Positions 38,844 to 49,009 are shown, counted from the stretch's first letter. The stretch: 64,000 nucleotides of DNA from Methylococcales bacterium (GCA_026399075.1 JAPLRR010000089.1:13149-77148), one strand, 5' to 3'. Numbers and translations are program-made. The notes: generated from the sequence alone by a model not told the origin.

Positions 38844-39614
38844 ATGTCCAGCGCTGTAAATAAAACTTTATTAGGATGGTCCGTGGAAATTTCTGTTGTT
38901 GTTCCTGTTCATAATGAAGCCGACAATATTGTCGCTTTGATAGAAGAAATTGTTAATGCCCTAAGCCGGGCAAACGCCTATGAAATCATTTATGTGGATG
39001 ACGGCAGCACTGACAGTACGGCGGCGGTTTTAGAGCAGGCACGCCATGATTTTAAAACGCTGAGGGTTATCCGCCACCAACGTAGCTGTGGACAGAGCAC
39101 CGCCATCCATACTGGCGTAAAAGCGGCCAAGTACCCTTGGATTGCCACATTGGATGGTGATGGCCAAAACGATCCGGCTGATATTCCCCATCTATATGAG
39201 GTCTTAATGCAGCAAAGGCTGGCGACCAGCGAATTGTGGATGGTGGCAGGTTGGCGCAATAAGCGTTATGACTCAGCCTGGCGCTTGTTTTCATCCAAAG
39301 TTGCCAATGGTGTGCGCTCACGTTTATTGGGCGACAATACGCCGGACACTGGCTGCGGCTTAAAGCTGTTCGCTAGGGATGCGTTTTTGGCGCTACCTTA
39401 TTTTGACCACATGCACCGTTTTTTGCCCGCTTTAATTATAAGGGCGGGGGGGCAGGTGATTTCTGAACCCGTCAATCACCGGTCCCGGACTAGCGGTTCT
39501 TCAAAATACGGGACTTTAGACCGCCTGTGGGCGGGCATCATTGATTTGTCCGGGGTGATTTGGCTACAAAGACGCGCAAAACTTCCGGAAATTAATGAGA
39601 TTGGGGAGGATTGA
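38844..39614 (+). CDS. Family 2 glycosyltransferase (polyprenol-phosphate glycosyltransferase-like)
   Basis: 256 aa with VVVPVHNEADNI, YVDDGSTDST, DGDGQNDP and GCGLKLF. Confidence 0.85.
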   Translation: MSSAVNKTLLGWSVEISVVVPVHNEADNIVALIEEIVNALSRANAYEIIYVDDGSTDSTAAVLEQARHDFKTLRVIRHQRSCGQSTAIHTGVKAAKYPWIATLDGDGQNDPADIPHLYEVLMQQRLATSELWMVAGWRNKRYDSAWRLFSSKVANGVRSRLLGDNTPDTGCGLKLFARDAFLALPYFDHMHRFLPALIIRAGGQVISEPVNHRSRTSGSSKYGTLDRLWAGIIDLSGVIWLQRRAKLPEINEIGED

Positions 39615-39903
39615 GCGCTTGCTTTTCCGTGCCGGACTGAAATCCAAACAGGTTCCGCAAAACTTGCTGTGGCGTTAGGCTGTATTGGGTTTTGCGGCGC
39701 CAAAATCAAACGTATTAACGGTAGTCTGGTTAAATAATTCAGTTACAGATTGTGATGGCCAAACACCGTTTGTGCTAATTGACATCTATAATCATCCATG
39801 ACAGAATCCCCACCACTTTAATGGCGCTAAACAGCGCTCAAGCTATATACGGCAGTTTGCTTACAGATGCTTGTTGGGATAAATAAAGGGTTCTCTAAAT
39901 ATA

Positions 39904-40725
39904 ATGACTTCTATCGACCACCTAGTTTTTGTCATGCGGCAATCCCCAAACTGGGAATCTTTGGCTAAAGATTATGAAGCGGGAATTCCAATTGATGCAG
40001 CGAGATATAAACCGGCAGAATTCATCGCCGGGTTTCCTGACAACCTTGAGTCCCTAATAAATAACTGGAATAATTTTTTTCCGGTAAATTTTTTTCGTTG
40101 CCGACAAACATTGAAAGAAATTGCAGTAAGGCAGATGCACAAGGTTGAACAATCCGTGTTACTTACCTTGGATGAATTGCCTACGCTTTCCTCTAAATTT
40201 GGCGGGGAAAAATTTATCCTGTTTTTTTTAGATGATGATGACTGGTTTGACCCCCGAACCTTTGAAAAATTGTCTGCTATCAATTTCGTCAATGACGTTT
40301 GTGTGTTCCCCTTAGTCCGCTTTGATGCCAATAGCTTTACTTTTATTCGCGAGGCAGAGGATGCCCGCATCGTTATTGGCAACCGCAGCAACTTCCATTT
40401 CCGCTTTCAAACCAATAATTACGGGCTTCTTTATCCGCTGGCGCTTAGCGGCCAAGCGCATGAAATGAAAGACCATGTGGCGGCATCCCAGTATGCCGAT
40501 AAAATGGGGGTAAGCGATAGTTATTTTGACCTGATAATAAGTGCCACCAACAAAACACCGGCATCAGCAAGTGCCTTGCCGCAATTTTCAACACCTGAAA
40601 ATTTTCGGGCCATTATCGCCAATTACGTCAATAGTTTGGGCGGGCTAGCCATACCTGAGGAAATGGAATGGGTAAGCCAGCCAATCAATGAAACACTTGA
40701 CCTATTTAATTCACTGCTGGACTAA
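39904..40725 (+). CDS. Hypothetical protein with an acidic DDDDW (DxD-like) motif, possibly an unrecognised glycosyl- or group-transferase
   Basis: 273 aa and soluble, with FILFFLDDDDWFDP. It lies between the GT2 and sulfotransferase genes, with a 6-nt gap to the latter. I recognise no family. Confidence 0.45.
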   Translation: MTSIDHLVFVMRQSPNWESLAKDYEAGIPIDAARYKPAEFIAGFPDNLESLINNWNNFFPVNFFRCRQTLKEIAVRQMHKVEQSVLLTLDELPTLSSKFGGEKFILFFLDDDDWFDPRTFEKLSAINFVNDVCVFPLVRFDANSFTFIREAEDARIVIGNRSNFHFRFQTNNYGLLYPLALSGQAHEMKDHVAASQYADKMGVSDSYFDLIISATNKTPASASALPQFSTPENFRAIIANYVNSLGGLAIPEEMEWVSQPINETLDLFNSLLD

Positions 40726-40731
40726 TAAAAG

Positions 40732-41487
40732 ATGACTTCCTCAACTGCAGTGCTTATTTTGGGCATGCACCGTAGCGGCACTAGCTGTCTAACAGGGAGT
40801 TTGCAGCAACACGGTTTATTTTTAGGGGAGGTTTTTGAAAGCAACCCCCACAATTTAAAAGGTAACCGTGAGAACGCCGGGGTTATGCAGCTTAACATCA
40901 GCTTGCTTGAAGATAACGGCGGATCTTGGGACAATCCCCCGGAAACTATTGTTTGGAATAGCGGGCACAGCGACGCTAGGGATGCCATTATTGCTGGCTT
41001 TATTGCGGATAATCACCGTCTGTTTGGCTTTAAAGACCCAAGGACATTGCTAGCGCTGGATTTTTGGCTGGAGGGCTTAAGTGCAAGTGACTGTACGGTA
41101 AAGTTTATTGGTTCCTTTCGTCATCCTTTGTCGGTGGCAAACTCACTGTATAACCGGAACAATATCCCCATTGAAGATGGGCTTGAATTATGGGGCCTAT
41201 ACAATTCGAAGTTGCTTGCGCATTACAAGAAAGCGGCATTCCCATTGGTTTCTTTTGATGTCCACAATGACGAATATCAAAAGTCATTGTTGAGAATATC
41301 AACTGGTTTGGGGTTACCTGTTAATCCAGGGATTGCCGAAAAGTTTTTTGATGATGCTTTACGCCATTGCAATTCTTGTACATCTACCGAAGCGCCAGAG
41401 CATTTAACCCATATTTACCGGGAATTGGTTGGCATTTATGAAAGCCAATACCAAGATTACCTGTGTGCAGAAGCATTAAGCCGATAG
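40732..41487 (+). CDS. Sulfotransferase family protein
   Basis: 251 aa. The N-terminal 5'-PSB-like PAPS-binding loop is ILGMHRSGTSCLTGSL, with a downstream RHPLSVANS (3'-PB-like) segment. Confidence 0.7.
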   Translation: MTSSTAVLILGMHRSGTSCLTGSLQQHGLFLGEVFESNPHNLKGNRENAGVMQLNISLLEDNGGSWDNPPETIVWNSGHSDARDAIIAGFIADNHRLFGFKDPRTLLALDFWLEGLSASDCTVKFIGSFRHPLSVANSLYNRNNIPIEDGLELWGLYNSKLLAHYKKAAFPLVSFDVHNDEYQKSLLRISTGLGLPVNPGIAEKFFDDALRHCNSCTSTEAPEHLTHIYRELVGIYESQYQDYLCAEALSR

Positions 41488-41663
41488 TTTTTAAGCGGCT
41501 ATTTTCAATGCTTGCCCTAAGATAGGGATACCCCAACGTTTTGTTAAAGCCACACTTTTTGCTTAAATAATTTGTTAGGCTTTGCTTTGTTAAAATGGCT
41601 GTGAGGCAAGTAAACCACGGGCGCCAGGCTATATGGATTTGTGGGCAGGCAGGCTTTTTCCAG

Positions 41664-41690
41664 GCCAACACCTGGATTGTTGGTGTTGGC
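41664..41690 (+). terminator. Hairpin between convergent sulfotransferase and galU genes (weak terminator candidate)
   Basis: GCCAACACC-N9-GGTGTTGGC followed by TTGGGTTTG. Confidence 0.3.
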
Positions 41691-41759
41691 TTGGGTTTGA
41701 AATGTGCGAATCCGGTGGCTGTGGCCTCTGGGTTGTCGTGGCGTTTTGTTAAAGCCCGT

Positions 41760-42647
41760 TTAAATCTTATGCTTTTTGGTCAAGTCTTTCAAATAGGCTA
41801 AAAAGTCGTCTTTTAGCTCTTTGTGCAATAGCCCTTGTTCTACAGTGGCAATCAAAAAGCCCAGCTTTGAGCCGCAGTCATAGCGTCGGCCCTCAAATTC
41901 GTAAGCCAGCACCTGTTCATCATTCAGCAAATCCGAAATCGCATCGGTCAATTGGATTTCACCGCCAGCACCACGGGCAGTTTTTTTGATTTTGTCAAAA
42001 ATGGCCGGTGTCAAAATATAGCGGCCCACTACAGCCAAGTTTGAAGGGGCGTCGGCTGGCTTTGGCTTTTCAACGATCGATTCGACCAGCGCTGACCTTT
42101 GGGAAAACTCACCCGTCTTAACAATGCCATAACTGCCCGTGTCAGCAGGGTTAATCCTCTCAACACCCAGGATGGAGGCATGTTTTTGTTCATAAAGTTT
42201 AACCATCTGGGCCATGCAGCCGCGACTGTCATCTTCTATCATGTCATCAGCCAACAACACGGCGAATGGCTCGTCACCCACAACAGGCCGTGCGCAATAA
42301 ACCGCATGGCCTAAGCCAAGGGCTTCTGCTTGCCGGATAAAAATACAGGACACATGGGGCGGCACAATATCTTGGATTAGCTTGAGCATTTCGGTTTTGC
42401 CTTTTGCCTCCAGCTCCTTTTCAAGTTCGTAGGCTTTGTCGAAATGATCCGTTATTGCATTTTTACTACGCCCAGTAATAAAAACCATTGTGTCAATCCC
42501 CGCTGCTACTGCTTCCTCTACGGCGTATTGGATCAAAGGCTTGTCAACAATTGGTAGCATCTCTTTGGGACTGGCTTTGGTGGCCGGTAAAAAACGCGTC
42601 CCTAAACCTGCGACCGGGAAAACTGCTTTGGTAATTTTTTTGCTCAT
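41760..42647 (-). CDS. galU: UTP--glucose-1-phosphate uridylyltransferase
   Basis: 295 aa with AVFPVAGLGTRFLPATKASPKEMLPIVDKPLIQY and VEKP. Confidence 0.95.
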   Translation of the reverse strand: MSKKITKAVFPVAGLGTRFLPATKASPKEMLPIVDKPLIQYAVEEAVAAGIDTMVFITGRSKNAITDHFDKAYELEKELEAKGKTEMLKLIQDIVPPHVSCIFIRQAEALGLGHAVYCARPVVGDEPFAVLLADDMIEDDSRGCMAQMVKLYEQKHASILGVERINPADTGSYGIVKTGEFSQRSALVESIVEKPKPADAPSNLAVVGRYILTPAIFDKIKKTARGAGGEIQLTDAISDLLNDEQVLAYEFEGRRYDCGSKLGFLIATVEQGLLHKELKDDFLAYLKDLTKKHKI

Positions 42648-42722
42648 GAATGATCTCCACCTGGCTTAAGTAGTGTAGTGCCATGGGCAACCAAACCTGA
42701 TTGCCCATGGTTTTATAGGATA

Positions 42723-44123
42723 TTAAATCCGTCCGTATTGGTCGTCAAAACGGACAATGTCATCCTCACCCAAATAGCTGCCAGACTGGACTTCAACGAT
42801 TTCCAATGGGATGACGCCGGGATTTTCCAAGCAATGGACAATGCCTAAGGGGATATAGATGGATTCATTTTCGGAAATGAGCATTTTCTCATCCCCTTTA
42901 GTGACCATGGCCGTGCCTTTTACCACCACCCAATGTTCTGCGCGATGATGGTGTTTTTGTACTGAAAGTTTGCCGCCAGGCTTGACGACTATCCGTTTGG
43001 TTTGATGCCGATCGCCACTATCCACTAAATCATAATGGCCCCATGGACGATAAGCTTTTCGGTGGATATCGGCTTCGCAACGGCCACTTGCCTTTAATTG
43101 GTTGACAATTTCTTTAACTTCTTGGACCCGGTCTTTAGGTGCGACCATCACTGCATCATCAGTTTCTACGATAACCAGGTCATGTACCCCGATAACAGCA
43201 ACGAGTTTGCTTTGGGAATGGATATAAGAATTTCGGGTATCTATGGTCAGCACGTCGCCACTGATGGCATTGCCAAAGGCATCCTTGTCAGTGACATCCC
43301 ATAACGCAGACCAAGAGCCGACATCATTCCATTCGGCATCCAATGGAATAACAACGGCTTTGTCGGTTTTCTCCATGACCGCATAGTCAATGGAGTCCGA
43401 AGGGCATAGGGAAAACAGGTCTTTATCCAAACGCACAAAATCCAAATCAACTTTTGAAGCATTCAATGCTTGCTGGCAACAGGACAGAATTTCAGGGTTA
43501 AATTTTTCCAATTCCTGAAGGAAGCTGCCAGCCTTGAACGCGAACATCCCGCTATTCCAATAAAAATCACCGCTTTCTAAATAGTGTCCAGCCGTTTCTG
43601 CATCCGGTTTTTCAACAAAAGCCGCCACCCCATAAGCAGGGCCATGTTGCAGGGTATCACGCTTGATATAGCCATATCCGGTTTCTGGTTCGGTGGGCAC
43701 TACACCAAAGGTAACCAGAAACCCTTGCTTCGCCAAAATGTTTGCCTGGATTATTGCTTCATGGAAAGCGGGCAAATTGGCGATGACATGATCGGCTGGC
43801 AGTATCAGCAACACATCATCAGGGGATGCGGCTGTTAATGCGGCCATTGCGACGGCAGGTGCGGTGTTCTTACCCATGGGCTCGAGAATGATTGCTGCGG
43901 GTTTCATCCCTATTTCCCACAATTGTTCCGCCATCATAAAGCGATGGTCTTCGTTGCACACTGCGATCAGTGGTTTCAAGTCTCCAAGGCCAGTAAGCCT
44001 AAGCACTGTTTCTTGAATCATGGTATGGCTAGAAACCAAAGGCAAAAATTGTTTTGGGTAGTGCTTACGTGAAAGTGGCCAAAGTCTTGTTCCAGAGCCA
44101 CCCGATAAAATAACGGGAATCAT
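42723..44123 (-). CDS. manC: Bifunctional mannose-1-phosphate guanylyltransferase / mannose-6-phosphate isomerase
   Basis: MIPVILSGGSGTRLWPLSR at the N-terminus and a C-terminal cupin (RPWGHY...HHHRAEHWVVVKGTA). I place the start at ATG 44123 with AAGGAA upstream. The track start at 44156 is a TTG. Confidence 0.9.
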   Translation of the reverse strand: MIPVILSGGSGTRLWPLSRKHYPKQFLPLVSSHTMIQETVLRLTGLGDLKPLIAVCNEDHRFMMAEQLWEIGMKPAAIILEPMGKNTAPAVAMAALTAASPDDVLLILPADHVIANLPAFHEAIIQANILAKQGFLVTFGVVPTEPETGYGYIKRDTLQHGPAYGVAAFVEKPDAETAGHYLESGDFYWNSGMFAFKAGSFLQELEKFNPEILSCCQQALNASKVDLDFVRLDKDLFSLCPSDSIDYAVMEKTDKAVVIPLDAEWNDVGSWSALWDVTDKDAFGNAISGDVLTIDTRNSYIHSQSKLVAVIGVHDLVIVETDDAVMVAPKDRVQEVKEIVNQLKASGRCEADIHRKAYRPWGHYDLVDSGDRHQTKRIVVKPGGKLSVQKHHHRAEHWVVVKGTAMVTKGDEKMLISENESIYIPLGIVHCLENPGVIPLEIVEVQSGSYLGEDDIVRFDDQYGRI

Positions 44124-44210
44124 GCTGTTCAGTTCCTTAATGGTAGGTTGTATCAAAACGGGTGAAAAACTTATTTATCTTAACATTAATATGTGTGCAG
44201 TGTTTTTACT

Positions 44211-44825
44211 TTAGGTTGGTGCCTTAATAATCCCTTGCTGTATGAGCAGTTTGACAATGGCCTGGATGCTTTCATCCAAGGTTTGATCTTGGGTATTGAC
44301 CACCAGCTCAGGGTGTTCCGGTGCTTCATAAGGGGAACTGATACCCGTGAAAAAAGGAATTTCACCCGCTCTGGCCTTTTTATACAAGCCCTTTACATCG
44401 CGTTGTTCGCAGGTTTCAACAGGGCATTGGCAATATATTTCCAGAAAATCACCGGCTGGCACACGGTTTCTGGCGATATCACGATCCGACTTAAAGGGTG
44501 ATATGAAAGCGGTCAGGGTAATGATGCCCGCTTCCGTCATCAACTTTGCCAGTTCACCAACACGCCTGATGTTTTCAACGCGGTCGTGGTCACTAAAACC
44601 CAAATCACTGCAAAGTCCGTGGCGGATGTTATCGCCATCAAGGACAAACGTTGACACCCCTAATTTATGCAAATAGTCTTCCACTGCATGTGCCAACGTG
44701 GATTTGCCAGAACCCGATAAGCCGGTAAACCATAGGATGGCACTTTTGTGTTTGTGCAGGGTTTCCCGGTCAGCGCGTGTTACGGCAGCTTGGTGCCAGA
44801 CGGTGTTGGTGCTTTTTTTCGGCAT
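44211..44825 (-). CDS. cysC: Adenylyl-sulfate (APS) kinase
   Basis: 204 aa with [21 protein letters not shown] and FISPF. Confidence 0.95.
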   Translation of the reverse strand: MPKKSTNTVWHQAAVTRADRETLHKHKSAILWFTGLSGSGKSTLAHAVEDYLHKLGVSTFVLDGDNIRHGLCSDLGFSDHDRVENIRRVGELAKLMTEAGIITLTAFISPFKSDRDIARNRVPAGDFLEIYCQCPVETCEQRDVKGLYKKARAGEIPFFTGISSPYEAPEHPELVVNTQDQTLDESIQAIVKLLIQQGIIKAPT

Positions 44826-44867
44826 ATAAGTTAAGTATGGTTATTTTGTTAAATATAGCTGCTTGGC

Positions 44868-45827
44868 TTAAGCATATTTTTTTGCAAATGCGGCAATAAA
44901 GAGCGGCAGTTCAGAAATGGGTAGGTGGTTAATGCCTGCTGCATTTTTACGCCCCCCCCCAGTTGCAAAGGCCGAACACAATTCATCAGCACCTGTGTTG
45001 GTGCTCAATGGCGCCCGGACGCTAATTTGATAGCCACCATGGGCATTATGGCTGAGCACTGCATGGGCCCGTGTTGGATTTTGATTGGCCAGTTCATTGC
45101 CTAAAACGCCGCTAACCCGCCTGGACCAAGGGGTATCAGGCAATATATACACGGCAACTGCGTCATCCAGGTATTCAGCTTTGGTGCTGAACCCGTGGTT
45201 CATGTCATCCGCATAAGCCGCCAGCAATTGGCTATAAATAACCGGGTTGTCGTCGATAAAATCAAAGGGGGACTTATAGGGTGCAAGTTTACGATAAAGT
45301 GCATCCGGGGCAAAATGCAAATCACTAATACTGTTACCGTAGCCGTTGTAATTAATGCAGACACCGAGATCTTTGAGGTGTTTAAGTTGATGGTCGGGTA
45401 TCGACAGGGGCAGGGCCGCTTGTTGGGCGCTGTCAATTAGGTTGTCCCCAAATGCTGCGGTGACTGCCCAAGCCCGATATTTCCCTTGTAGGTGTTGGTC
45501 CACCAATAGGCTGGTACACGTGTTGGCGACGGTGTTGATGAGGGTTCTGAGGTTTGGGTGTTGCGGAATATCCCCAGTTTCATGGTGGTCAACATAAAAG
45601 ACGTTTGCACCTTGCAGCAGAATGCTATCCAAGGCGCTACGATTTTTTTTTAAGGAGATATCCAGCACGGTAACAGAATCCCCGGGTTGGACGCTAAGCT
45701 GTTCCAATAATTGGATGTCCCGTTTTACGCCAGTTACCAACGTGGCGGAGTGGGCTGGTTGTGCCAAGCGAAGTTGCACCAAGGCGCAAATACCATCCGC
45801 ATCGCCGTTAAACACATCAATTTGCAT
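44868..45827 (-). CDS. DHH-family phosphoesterase (DHH/DHHA1-like)
   Basis: 319 aa with the N-terminal NGDADGICA (DHH motif I/II-like), VDHH and a C-terminal GGGRKNAAG (DHHA1 GGGH-like) motif. It lies directly upstream of cysC on the same strand. Confidence 0.65.
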   Translation of the reverse strand: MQIDVFNGDADGICALVQLRLAQPAHSATLVTGVKRDIQLLEQLSVQPGDSVTVLDISLKKNRSALDSILLQGANVFYVDHHETGDIPQHPNLRTLINTVANTCTSLLVDQHLQGKYRAWAVTAAFGDNLIDSAQQAALPLSIPDHQLKHLKDLGVCINYNGYGNSISDLHFAPDALYRKLAPYKSPFDFIDDNPVIYSQLLAAYADDMNHGFSTKAEYLDDAVAVYILPDTPWSRRVSGVLGNELANQNPTRAHAVLSHNAHGGYQISVRAPLSTNTGADELCSAFATGGGRKNAAGINHLPISELPLFIAAFAKKYA

Positions 45828-45959
45828 AACTTTCCTTAGAGGGTTTTAGGGGAGGGGCTTAATTTTATGTGATGATGTTGGCAATCGAAAAACATCATGG
45901 CTAGAACAGCTAAGTTGGATGTAGAATGACTATAATAACTATAAAACTAATTGATATAA

Positions 45960-47057
45960 ATGACAACTCAAGTAAGGCCCTCAAATTTGTATTTTATCAC
46001 TGACTCCCTTAAGCGGTTTTTGCCCAATTCCCAAGCGGTTGCGCTGGCCATCATCCTGATAGTCAGCTTTGTGCTGATTTATTCATTATCCAGTTTATTA
46101 ATGCCTGCTTTCGCCTCTATCGTTTTTGCCTATTTACTGGAGGGGCTGGTGGGTAAAGCTGAAAAAGCCGGGATGCCACGTTTGCCGGCGGTCTACTTGG
46201 TGTTTTCAGGGTTCATGGCTTGTTTAGGTTTTTTGTTGTTTTACTTGATGCCATTGGTTTCCCAACAAGCTGTCGAGCTTATCCAACATATCCCCGAAAT
46301 TCTTAACAGCACCCAGAAAGGCATTATGCGTTTGCCGGAAATGTACCCTAAATTGATTTCGGACAGCAGAATCCAGCAAATGATGCTGGCAGTGCAACGG
46401 GAATTGCTGACCTATGGGCAAAATGTGTTGTCGCTTTCGGCTGCATCCGTAGTGGGTATTGTCAGTGCGATGGTTTATTTGTTCCTGGTGCCGATGATGG
46501 TGTTTTTCTTTTTAAAAGATAAGGCATTATTGGTTTCCTGGTTTTTGCAGTTTATGCCCCGCGACAGGCATCTGACTGTGCGCGTGTGGGAAGAAGTTGA
46601 CACCCAAATGGGCAATTATGTGCGCGGGAAGTTTGCCGAAATTTTCATACTTTGGTTTGTCAGTTATACAACTTTCGCAACCATGGGGTTAAATTATGCC
46701 ATGTTGTTGGCGGTGTTGATGGGGGTGCAGGTCATTATCCCCTATATAGGCGCCACCTTGGTCACGTTTCCGGTGCTGGGTGTCGCTTATTTTGAATGGG
46801 GCCTGAGCGGAGATGATTTTATGTACATAGTTATTGCCTATACCATCATTCAAGCCTTGGATGGGGTTATCTTGGTGCCGGTATTGTTTTCGGAGGCGGT
46901 TAATTTGCATGCGGTTGCCATCATCGTCGCCATTTTGTTTTTTGGGGGGCTATGGGGATTTTGGGGGGTGTTTTTTGCCATTCCTTTGGCGACTGTTGTT
47001 AAGGCAGTTTTGACAGCTTGGCCACGGCTAGGCGATACCAACAGGGATTTTGCTTAA
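45960..47057 (+). CDS. AI-2E family transporter (PerM/YhhT-like permease)
   Basis: 365 aa with about 8 TM helices. The layout and conserved C-terminal FFGGLWGFWGVFFAIPLA are typical of the family. Confidence 0.8.
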   Translation: MTTQVRPSNLYFITDSLKRFLPNSQAVALAIILIVSFVLIYSLSSLLMPAFASIVFAYLLEGLVGKAEKAGMPRLPAVYLVFSGFMACLGFLLFYLMPLVSQQAVELIQHIPEILNSTQKGIMRLPEMYPKLISDSRIQQMMLAVQRELLTYGQNVLSLSAASVVGIVSAMVYLFLVPMMVFFFLKDKALLVSWFLQFMPRDRHLTVRVWEEVDTQMGNYVRGKFAEIFILWFVSYTTFATMGLNYAMLLAVLMGVQVIIPYIGATLVTFPVLGVAYFEWGLSGDDFMYIVIAYTIIQALDGVILVPVLFSEAVNLHAVAIIVAILFFGGLWGFWGVFFAIPLATVVKAVLTAWPRLGDTNRDFA

Positions 47058-47072
47058 GGGGCGGCAGTGACT

Positions 47073-48011
47073 TTAGGAAGGGGGGTGATCCCCCATCAGG
47101 GTTTTGACATGGACGGCAACACAAGCCGCCAATGCAGTAAGGTTATAACCACCTTCCAAGGCCGAAATAAGCCTGCCTTTACAATAGGTGGCGGCAACCG
47201 CCATCAACTCTTGGGTTAGCCACCGATAGTCCTCTTCATCCAAAAGTGTGGTGGCAAACGGGTCGTCTTTATGGGCGTCAAAACCCGCTGAGATAATCAG
47301 TAAATTGGGTTTGAAATTTCTTAATGCGGGCAAAATGATGGACGAGTATTTTTGCCGAAATCTATTACTGGTTTCGCCTTCTGCCAGCGGTACATTAATG
47401 ATATTGCCCACACCGTTCTCCGCTGGAAAGCCCGTTCCCGGATAGTTCGGCATTTCATGGGTCGATGCGTATAAAACGGCGGGTTGGTTATAAAACGCCG
47501 CTTGGGTGCCATTGCCATGATGGACATCAAAATCGACAATGGCGATGCGTTCCACGTGATAATAAAGCCGGGCATATTCAGCAGCGATTGCCACATTATT
47601 GAACAGGCAAAAACCCATGGCCAAATCCGGTTCTGCATGATGTCCGGGCGGACGTATGGCGCAAAAAGCATTGTCGGCTTGACCGGCAAGGATTCTATCA
47701 ACTGCATCACAAACAGCGCCTACAGCGCGAAAAGCCGCAATTTCCGAACCTGGTGACAAGACGGTGTCGTGATCCAGAAAGTATTCACCTTCTGCAGGTG
47801 TTGCCGCCCTTACCGCCTCAATATGAAACAAGGGATGAATTAGCCTGACGTGCTCTTCTGTGGCCAGCGGCGCTGGTAGCCTGATCAGGTCAGCAAACTC
47901 TGGGGCATCTAGGGCATCGGCAATACATCTGAGCCGATCGGCGGACTCTGGGTGGCCCTCACCGGTCTCATGCTCAAGAAAATCTGCATGGCTGTAGTAG
48001 AGTGTTTTCAC
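47073..48011 (-). CDS. Histone deacetylase-family amidohydrolase (protein or polyamine deacetylase)
   Basis: 312 aa with RPPGHHA, DFDVHHGNGTQ and EGGY. Confidence 0.85.
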   Translation of the reverse strand: MKTLYYSHADFLEHETGEGHPESADRLRCIADALDAPEFADLIRLPAPLATEEHVRLIHPLFHIEAVRAATPAEGEYFLDHDTVLSPGSEIAAFRAVGAVCDAVDRILAGQADNAFCAIRPPGHHAEPDLAMGFCLFNNVAIAAEYARLYYHVERIAIVDFDVHHGNGTQAAFYNQPAVLYASTHEMPNYPGTGFPAENGVGNIINVPLAEGETSNRFRQKYSSIILPALRNFKPNLLIISAGFDAHKDDPFATTLLDEEDYRWLTQELMAVAATYCKGRLISALEGGYNLTALAACVAVHVKTLMGDHPPS

Positions 48012-48341
48012 GCGGTCTCGATTTAGTAGGGTTTTATAATAATAGTATTTTCTATATGGCTAATTATAGATGGTTTTTATGGTAGTCAAGGCCAAGGGGT
48101 TAAATTTAGTCTGATATTTTCGGCTGTTTTTGTTGATGTCCATATTTGCCAAGGCTTGGCGGGGTTGCCATATTTTAAAAATTTTTGTATTAGTGCTTTT
48201 TCCCTAGTGCAGTTAAATTTCCCGCAACATTAGTTCTTGATAGCTTCGCCGCTAGATGCCGAACCCTGAATAGGGATGGACAGGCACGTAATACACGCGG
48301 TATGCTTCAGCTTTTAAACCTAGTACGAATTGGGTATCGTT

Positions 48342-48989
48342 ATGACAATCTCCCCTGCTTTATTACCACAGCTAATCGGTGCGATAGTGGATGTTATCGA
48401 AAACAATGCGCACGAAGTGACGGCGCTGGACCAGGCCATTGGCGATGGTGACCATGTCATTAATCTGCAACGCGGTCTGCAAGCGCTTATGGGGGAGCGC
48501 GAAGCATTAAGCCAATTGGATTGGCCTGCGGCTTGGCAAAAAATCGGGATGACCTTAATGTCGTCCATCGGTGGCGCATCGGGTTCTTTGTATGGCACTT
48601 TATTTATCGCCCTTAGCAAAGCCGGAAAGGGGCAGGCCATTACCTTGCAAAGTTTTGCCGATATTTTTAGCCTAGGTGTAGATGCCGTTAAACTGAGGGG
48701 TAAGGCTGAAGCGGGTGAAAAAACCATGCTGGATGTTTATATTCCTGTGGCTGATTATTTGCGGGCAGCGGTGGCGGAAGGGGCGGCTTTACCAGCCATT
48801 TTAGCAGCCATTCCCCAGGTTGCCATAGTGGGTATGGAATCCACCCGCGATATGATAGCCACCAAAGGCCGCGCCTCTTTCCTTGAGGAGCGCAGCCGTG
48901 GACATATTGATGCCGGTGCTAAAACAGGCCAGTTAATGATTTGTGCCATTGTTGATGTGCTGCTAGCGCAGTTAGATGGCACAGATTGA
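48342..48989 (+). CDS. dhaL: Dihydroxyacetone kinase subunit L (Dak2, ADP-binding)
   Basis: LDQAIGDGDHVINLQRG and GGASGSLYG are present. I place the start at ATG 48342. The track start at 48330 is a TTG. Confidence 0.85.
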   Translation: MTISPALLPQLIGAIVDVIENNAHEVTALDQAIGDGDHVINLQRGLQALMGEREALSQLDWPAAWQKIGMTLMSSIGGASGSLYGTLFIALSKAGKGQAITLQSFADIFSLGVDAVKLRGKAEAGEKTMLDVYIPVADYLRAAVAEGAALPAILAAIPQVAIVGMESTRDMIATKGRASFLEERSRGHIDAGAKTGQLMICAIVDVLLAQLDGTD

Positions 48990-49009
48990 GTTTTGCCAAC
49001 TAAGCCCGC

